A DNA stretch of 64,000 bases from Rhizaria sp. SCN 62-66 (taxonomy: Eukaryota): NCBI GenBank assembly GCA_001724265.1, contig MEDY01000001.1:124001-188000 (forward strand), read 5' to 3'. A model generated the notes under the pieces. The model saw only the letters and a program-made list of their open reading frames with translations, was not told the origin of the DNA and searched no databases. Positions 60,301-64,000 of the stretch are shown here, piece by piece. Numbering within the stretch: position 1 is the first letter of the stretch; every line of letters starts with the position of its first letter. Position numbers and translations under genes: made by a program.

Positions 60301-61125
60301 ACTGGCGCCTACACAAACCGCACCATCACTCACCCCCGCGCTGTCACTGCTTTCAGTCGCAGCGGCGGACGAGCAAGAGGAGAGCGCGGAGAGCGCGGCC
60401 GCGAGGGGCGCGAAGACGACGCCGTGGGCCGAGGCCGTGACGGGCACCGCTGGGGGCGCGTTGCGGGGGCGCGCGACGCCTCCGACGCCGCCGCCGCCGC
60501 CAGAGGGCGAGGGCTGCAGCGGCGAGGCGTCCGGACCAATAGGAAACGCACCCCCGTCGGCGGCCGAGGCCGATGTGGCGGTGGACGCGGTGACCGCGGC
60601 GGCGAGGGTGGGAGGGAGTGGCACCCAGGGGTTGTGTAGCGCGGCGGCGACCGCGGCCGAGCCGGGCGCGGGCGGCGCGTGGGCCAGACACGCCGCCGCG
60701 GGCGTGCCCGGAACCGTCACAGTCGCGAACGCCGCGCCCACGTTGTCGGCGTCGACGCTGGCGGTGTCTGCGGGGCCGGCGCGCGACGCGGAGAGCAGCG
60801 ATGTGGCGAGGGCGGCGACAGAGGGCGTGAGTCGCTGAGTGACCGTGGCGGGCACGGGGGGCGTGACGCCAGCTGCGGAGGCGCTGCCGGAGGCCTTGTT
60901 GTCGCGCAAGATGCCCGGGAGCTGCGAGGAGAAGCCCGGCGCGTGGTAGTAGCCCACGGGCAGCGAGTGCAGGTGCGTGCACGTGGCGCGAGTTGCTGAG
61001 GAGGGCACGTCGCTGCCGCCGCCGCCAGCGCCGCCGGAGGAGGAGGAGACGTCGGAGACGTAGGACGTGTAGGAGCCGCCCTTAGGGACAAAGCGCAGCG
61101 ACGGCTGCGGGTAGCCTTGGGACAT
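48343..61125 (-). CDS. Giant (about 4260 aa) low-complexity/coiled-coil protein with a C-terminal TLDc domain
   Basis: Single open frame; first plausible ATG at 61125 (MSQGYPQP). The C-terminus has TLDc motifs W..VF....HGGSL..FY, VFGGF, GTGECFVF, YRWSG, FGGG, SKTFNN..L and FELW. A coiled-coil-like stretch lies at about 58700-59950. Stop is TAA. Confidence 0.88.
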   Translation of the reverse strand: MSQGYPQPSLRFVPKGGSYTSYVSDVSSSSGGAGGGGSDVPSSATRATCTHLHSLPVGYYHAPGFSSQLPGILRDNKASGSASAAGVTPPVPATVTQRLTPSVAALATSLLSASRAGPADTASVDADNVGAAFATVTVPGTPAAACLAHAPPAPGSAAVAAALHNPWVPLPPTLAAAVTASTATSASAADGGAFPIGPDASPLQPSPSGGGGGVGGVARPRNAPPAVPVTASAHGVVFAPLAAALSALSSCSSAAATESSDSAGVSDGAVCVGASLRYHRLATPQSYLFTDAALALPRDATAVYTASLPSINISTSAASSASGGASARASAAVATSLSAGQLPTRLSLSVAHVVSAAHGYALLYSSFTAAAASAASALATSSSDWALLMVTDRTRASLRSTAAGFEDELLSVLRTRLTAQHQLARFSAKHRHAAERLNATAREHKLVCADTDALRQRYELARDAADSLAAGLQLRRGARNAAAELRVAAQRLEQARERSAMWRRELTAVEKQVDEASALVLLLEQRLQQRRHVRLQQQQQKIQRQQQHQLQVPTARGFRALSDVAEHDNEDDDDDDDDPDEDGGDYVSDGAAAGGSEHKGGSHAAAPVSGSSNDAYLVHIPRKQTSALALAGFPSLAPLFPSQPAHRGDALPSLRQARAALLALRPQRETILARLNKNEGAVQGLAATVSALQLHPEEAAGRLAYLSHRLLPDAAAKLLECAARIQWLRNNIDRGAAAVADAARRRRGLFSVLDAISVRVAGMSRLHVSAALTAGMRNEVKVAALRRMQAATMAARAACERAALLWKKTREAAVVLYDAVAGCYNEALLETGHAALVAAGGAALGAGDGTGPADADNPAGGNSAVWATGAGVRRWIEAAGLTVTHGSHGGASGDGADGANVSPLTALLSEPYAGARLLTSAELSRRFARHFPSATTLSASLAPKMSTASGAAAGVSGAGGAVAGPGGVGMSASADASTVEVDQAALALAALAHLCRYRDAHGRPLLPLPVQAIAVTPATGREARPLGVVELELDLDRAADSTTATAKTATVTTVPLLSHAITPGTPEEAYVQALSSSKYLGATAHSAAAAAVDGISFSAALTLPPVLSSSTPSALPLPLPLPFSLQAAALAHYPVAQQWLYRRNDVTTLHAFVTPPDLSARAGSGSGDNNGKGDDYGDLPAANVGAPALAPNNTPNSESSSSDNNANSGDNADAASGADAAAAETPPAAPVTTLSGLGLGLGGDGQGYSVTVVSVLTSHTFTLMGEDLRVTLTHDPTARGAAGPHPDSQHADAQAHGAGAAAETGAAHDGSNSAVVAVTPSSAQRAAGVTITVSSSSSSAATGAAGDGMLALPPPQSHSQHSPLAPTASAPALVSPLASSAAGSAASGAVAGSGDVASAPIPSPSAGAVAPSGNVSRATLMASDIDSSGLGGLQSKLLYRDDIVPADDDSDGADDDTDTKTDVDVDFDADADADPEAEASADADADTVADVKQESARPAATVPVKETSSKKKGLTVSFALASDAESVTSQQSSASNNSGVSNSTPVDKDGDGRGGLASPEPSPTAAQQAQATDTSAFEYLVFPPSNAHAHSPTANVTNAPPRQKAACVFPSVAPNSLPPAPAPVPPLPLHAHGCAPSLTPRAPPLLTVALHDIVAVEWVEDPVYVRPDGTQCTCFTEFVVLPSGAVARRQRLDAEWRPQRFLDAIRRAQPFPDPGASAASSATASGPAASAARRARGRELAVAATAALESCFDAPPDPTMPAHTSPATAVTSVAGSGVVAAAGDAPATVEPRDSLNHIALAKRAVAKHAVEDGVALAAALAVTKADAAAAAAAAASAVAASASLVISSPNLVITGASDNNALQLHAPSASATPSAFSSDDASSAGGALVVPLLLPMSSHGGDTTQRHQQQPRARAELPKMTPLTAARADWPQGMSPMFSPSSAHMTPQSAFDASMTSPSGSAGDKQGGGAAVMPAFALTTLPSGAPAIASTGSHSHVHSHTHAHAHGHGHGHHGRSHAAKTDVPEPRVPSAAELAAALPDVIAHSRGHALSSFVSSLPVLAAADALPPGAVVVAMCEGAACGRLHFDPATANLPLLRAGGLLAPEATGATAGTANSAAAAAASAGAGVLGVQMSVLPSASATGGAGAVCATEVLPVISALQRIDASLNRSPRNSSSSSSSGSSTGRRSSATGPLPAPGQLGYLPSSSADATGAALPRRARLYLHLRPGYANVADRVAAVLGGALLPTGARGDDAVGSAADVAARATVGNGMTHEAVVRWRHWCEQFRPGRSTPALLVAPPALLAECALGSSNHKTAAGVDYVNVARSGPGMCAGSSLRARGDEDAPVISLFGDVRSIHYLFTSLKAALTHAMLSPQSLTPVPLCADYGGRRTTAAAPLWSPRPAADAGAELEDARLNIALPPRLSPHPYADPVGAPLPRVGSRHSAAAAAGAAHGFFSLHHLLDLHQAASGTAGGLATGTAADTEALFDPAAAGDVANGMFAKMSLFLPSASDHASPADAAAAAERAANALQARFGVFAGTALAAAALRSGAYGVPPRTAAGHCGTVAGGDLGYGRERPPPPPLVAPLAWIHDALSPAPLAGAFEAAPGLDPALTVAGVPVYWSEPASKPHAKGAKAAAKRSIAAVHRVSLPTMLPPNAAPAVVMAPTAAAAARAGPFAGDLKRHALSRKSARELATAGSAAAYAAAAAAASAAAAGVNTDYGVEAAARAGVVMAPVAAHPLRLLATLAYASASCARYSKDAGGCLVAPVYGTTAQPDAGTSTAFTGHSAAFADAWVASIAAAAAAAGRSDQPALSRAQRALLLALARVLLPARVIRRRRYARSSSSSSCARSHSSPGSKKSVNAAAGVLALPAPAPYALDISIGVASGAASAAPLLAVLAPALHKLYTAAVTSLARRSGRVAAKPEKSADSSDDDEDDGVESDDDDNDYDCDPECAHKECKQQDTGLTNDEIAHACALYTAIVADHGNNGVHAVADETSGRTRRRADVLTLPHSVKPRVGAETSLHALAQWYLPLPRPATHPLSVAALALALAPSVLLLLPPTAPGGLLHAAQQQPRRGRRMSLMSMFSPSAASPASAAVPAGAASGVPGGGVPLSPAAYMTSASGAAAAGAGGSGGEGAHVSLFDRGGGDDGAGVNTDGLHAWWSQYPVPTAAGGRDNASVATAAALAAAHTAVVVAGVASLPCSGADTAPLSASATDGTHDGSGVFDASSAAGSTPLLMLMLNSLGAHSLPRAAFPALAASASAVSERRLVATGSNPASFSDSDSYALVPSSSGVSAASSIASAAAAAAAAPDAVLAQSLRPPALVAAAAAAFVGHLHAAAAPADSAHSAHSAHSAQGAGGGGLGALLAVSVHSAVSLPLLWLPRATLLAHSGGAHSHTAAGVPAPIAPAAVAAAAGVLQTRSLLPVSAPLLPAAVAAYAASAAAAASARSAMITGWRSFSTGPSAGAGTGAGHLFDMLRPSRSMLALSAIDSPEPRLSVRDDDAHGVSSNAPQPQSSQLLSPSSGVVAAVGAAISVLAAAAAGAVSSAAPVLEASARGALWGGVALLRCIRPLDPPTPLVPALASIASSSSGATAATNSKAHTAALGVNSNSNGLGSSGSGGNGAAAPSVTGRLVAAAAAAAAAGKPDLSFKTGVLTLRGDLPLLGLTGLTPAAAASALGPENARAVAASTAAAATAAAVAGAGTVSSSSAAVAATGSAGAGGGAGGSGNGGGSGASAGSEDDGGVAIIRTGGALGFVVGVSTATQHQQQRAPAAWDKGTAPHTAPHAVPHVVALVTGVTVDGHPNASFPGTFATATPDGGAAAHGHTAAGSDGAAASSSDSGGDGDGWALRVSSLRHRQVAPVAFAEGVVRQRLGALKRDAAAVAAARREREQRKEQQRRERDRERELQRERETERAQQRGRQRQQKQPQSHLQPPPSQQQQQQVAVAGATPLSTASAASSVAGGDAQKQVSPQSAASQQQQQQQQEMSAASPGGAAAAVSPKGGSAASGSAVTGAAKPASGSGDSKDAALAAAAQAAKSYLAARTGAAGGDSDGDSDGEGDAATGARGGDHLFRGVVHSTAHVALRGASRILPADSLKTLVRQMPKGARVRPWGCVFDVATHGGSLVKFYEHAAAQAPDASLVVARDALGRVFGGFCSKKWVRGAGAVGTGECFVFQFDPALVLYRWSGETRFYANAGFEGISFGGGGDEALFFDKQLAEGKSGRSKTFNNDCLSTEPLFKVAAFELWAQLPLQ

Positions 61126-61850
61126 GCGGGCAGGGCCGGCGCAAGCGTAGGACGGCAAAGACTCACGTGGGAAGAGGCGGAGTTGAGGTTGTTCGGGAGG
61201 AGGTACTGAAGTGCCGACTGCAGAAGAGATTCGGGTTTGAAGAAAGCATGGGACAGGTATATTATAATAAATAAGCGGCAAAATACAAAAATCGACGACA
61301 CACACGAAAATATACCCGGGAAACAGCTATCAATTGTGGATGATGAGGTTCAGCTCAAGTTTCGGTGGTCGAGCGTTGAACAATCAGATATTCCAGAAGT
61401 GTGCGTGTCGATCATCGTCAAGTTGCATAGCATTCTATTCTCATATAGTATACAGCAATTTCTATCAACACATAGTGCGGCACACCGAATCATACTCGAA
61501 GTATACGGATCCAAGCAGTTCTTCAGCTACTTTGTCGTTGGCTGCTGGACTGCCTGTGGCGGAGTGGCGGGACTGTCTGCTGCTCAGATTTTGGCAAAGG
61601 TGAATGATATGATTTCATCGTCAGAAGCGCTATATTTCTTTGGCCGGTTTTGAAAATCAATGCTCTTATTTGTCTTTCAATTATACCTCTTGGGAGTTTG
61701 TTCTCGTAGGTGTTCTTGCCCCTCGAGGTGCAAGCTGTTCCTCTCACCTCATTGTCAGCACGTTTACAGGAAGGATGTGTACGGATGACGATTGGGTACG
61801 CTGACCACCGTACTCCATCATCATGAACACTACCTGCTCAACTCAGCAAA

Positions 61851-62808
61851 TTGCTGGCGTTGCATGATGCTGATCTTGCAGCCGTGTTTAGAGCTCATGC
61901 TTCTTCAACCGACGATATTGCCGCATCTACTGCTGTTGCAGCTGCAGCTGCAGTTGCGGCTGTCGCCGGCACCTGTGCCAACGTCCGTCAAGACCCTCTT
62001 GCCTTTTCCTCAGCTTATCGAGACCTGCTCCTCGAGATGAACGCTACGCTCGCGAGCGTGGCGATTAGGCTCGATGCAGTCGAGGGCACACTCGCTGGCT
62101 TGACGGACGCGGTCGCTGGCTCGACGGACAGTGTCGATGTCATGGATGACAGCATGGCCCGTTTTTTAGGCTACATCCGGCGTCACAGCACGTTTGCCGC
62201 TGAGCATAAGGCTAAGATTGACAGCTCTAACGCCGCTGCCATTGAGCGCCACAATCAACGGACCCAACAGGCACGCGGTTACCGAGCATAGCAACACCTC
62301 CATGCGTACTTTAGCGAGATCTGTCAACACGTTTATTGCGAGGCTCAACAACACATGTGAGCCTGTGATGATGGCGGATGTGGGCCTCAACAGCACGGCC
62401 CAGCTGAAGGCTGCTGCTGCCGACCTTGGATACTACACTTCACCGAGTGCGTCGATGGCTGCGCCGTCGGGAGTGCAGCATGCTGCGCTGCTGACCCTCC
62501 CTACTCACTCATCACATGTCATGCCATGTACGTGCTCCTTGTTAAATACGTATCATCAAGAAACAAATGACCGGCTCGACCAACTTCAGGACCAGCTAGG
62601 CCACATCTGTATATGTGTCGACATCCACCCACAACACGGCTTTCTGTGCCAAAGATGGACAAAAGACAGACAAGACAACATCTGCGGCATGAGTGTACGC
62701 ATGAACGCTACGATCGCGTGCATATGCGGCAGGATCAAAGACTTCGGCGCCGCAAGCCGTGATATTCATACGATGTTGACCTCAAGTAGCAGGGTGGCTA
62801 ATGACTGA
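61851..62808 (+). pseudogene. Probable degenerate (frameshifted) coiled-coil repeat gene
   Basis: Two overlapping ORFs in different frames share a repeat (ATGAACGCTACGCTCGCG at 62037, ATGAACGCTACGATCGCG at 62701; MNATLA/MNATIA). No clean start codon and weak codon bias. Confidence 0.4.
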
Positions 62809-63190
62809 CTTTAGTGGGAGGCCTTTTGTTGATTCGCATGCATGTTGTTTGAAAATAGATAACGAGAAATCACGTTGAAATACATCAAGGCTCTACGGAA
62901 CAAGGTATTGCAAAATACACGATTATATTGAGAGATCTTTGGTTAGGTCATCCGTGACTCTCGAGTTACTTGTGATCCCAGCCCGCTGCAAAGCCGGTCG
63001 CTCGATCGCTAGTAGCCGAAGGAGACGGAAGGCGAATAAAAACTGTTTCGTTCGCGTCATCGCAATCGTTATTTCCCACATTTCTTTCGATTTGCGAATT
63101 TAATATGGAGCATTCTGACTAAATTTATGATTCTCAATTCAACAGACGCTATTTTATGCCTCATTTTTCTCCTTCGTAGTGGCAAGCACG

Positions 63191-64000
63191 ATGTTGAGGA
63201 CTATCATCATCGCTGCTTGGGTTGCGGCCATCTCCATGGTCGCTGCCGACCTCCCCATCCACTGCCTCAGTTCGCAGGTCCGTTATTCCGCCGAGAAATG
63301 CCCTATCGTACTATCTACAGTCCAATTAAACCGCGTCTTCGCCTCCTAAGGTATCCACTTTGCTCATTATCTCTTATCTCTTCTCTCCTTCGTCTTTTGC
63401 CTCCTCCAAACCGCGCGCCCGTTTCTCTGTATGCAGGTGGCCGGCACGTGGGAGTTTAGCCTCGGCTCTGCGGACTCGCCGACGCCGGACTTGTGCGGCT
63501 ACCGCCAGCCGGACAAGTCTAAGCACCACCTGGACGGCTCGTACCGCTACACGCTGTCCCCCGTCGCGACGACCACGGTCTCGCTGACGCTGCCCAACGT
63601 CGTCGCCTCCACGGGCCCGCACTCGATCGGCAACGGCACGTGGACCATGGTCTACGACGAAGGCTTTATGCTGACGATGACGGACGGCGAGTTCTTCGCC
63701 TTCAACGCCTACAAGCCCAAGAAGGGCACGATGCTCAGCAACATCAAGCCTGAGCGCTACATCTCCTTCTGCGACCGCACGCTCATCGGCTGGTTCCGCC
63801 GCGGCGACCGCTTCGGCTGCTGGCAGGGCCGCCAGACCAAGCCTGCGTACCCGAACCTCCGCATCGCCGCCGCGAGCGCCAACTCGGCCGAGGTTGACTT
63901 CGCCGTCGTCGCTCCCGACTCCCTGCCCAACAAGAACAACCACAATCATGCCAACGCGGCGACGCAGCGCGGACCCGTGTCCCCGTTCCCGTCATTGCTG
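63191..64000 (+). CDS. CTSC: Cathepsin C (dipeptidyl peptidase I) precursor, N-terminal exclusion domain; exon 63191-63277 and exon from 63437 running off the window
   Basis: Signal peptide, then DLPIHCLSSQ|VAGTWEF...GTWTMVYDEGF...FFAFNAY...YISFCDRTLIGWF...GCW. Phase-0 intron GTCCGT...CAG (63278-63436). Absent from the ORF track. Confidence 0.88.

Noticed and set aside
61126-61305. N-terminal extension of the TLDc ORF from the GTG at 61305
   Set aside because: Non-ATG start in AT/pyrimidine-rich UTR-like sequence; the ATG at 61125 is preferred.
1-64000. tRNA (including a CUA suppressor), rRNA, CRISPR array or intact transposon
   Set aside because: None recognised by eye. A tRNAscan-SE/Infernal run is needed to exclude small RNAs in the intergenic regions.

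Overview
Gene-dense eukaryotic (protist-like) nuclear DNA. Coding regions are GC-rich and full of Ala/Ser/Gln low-complexity inserts, intergenic regions are AT-richer, and spliceosomal introns are short (113-253 nt, mostly GTACG donors). I can support 14 protein genes: a Q/H- and RD-rich protein (cut by the window edge), a nucleoside hydrolase, SRR1-like, LMBRD1-like, C1orf109-like, PDE6D, TMEM41-like, a secreted LamG protein, a giant VPS13, two divergent paralogous small membrane proteins, an ABCC transporter, a giant TLDc protein and cathepsin C (cut by the window edge). There is also a probable degenerate gene. Main signal: the five consecutive ORFs at 17801-37849 are one reading frame of a single VPS13 gene broken only by four in-frame TAG codons, and the ABCC gene has a fifth in-frame TAG between conserved parts. 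All 12 gene ends I can see use TAA (8) or TGA (4), never TAG. This points to a rare nuclear genetic code in which UAG is a sense codon while UAA and UGA remain stops. The amino acid (Gln or Leu by precedent) cannot be fixed from this window, and cryptic short introns remain an alternative at some sites. Family assignments come from motif recognition by eye; no database search was run.
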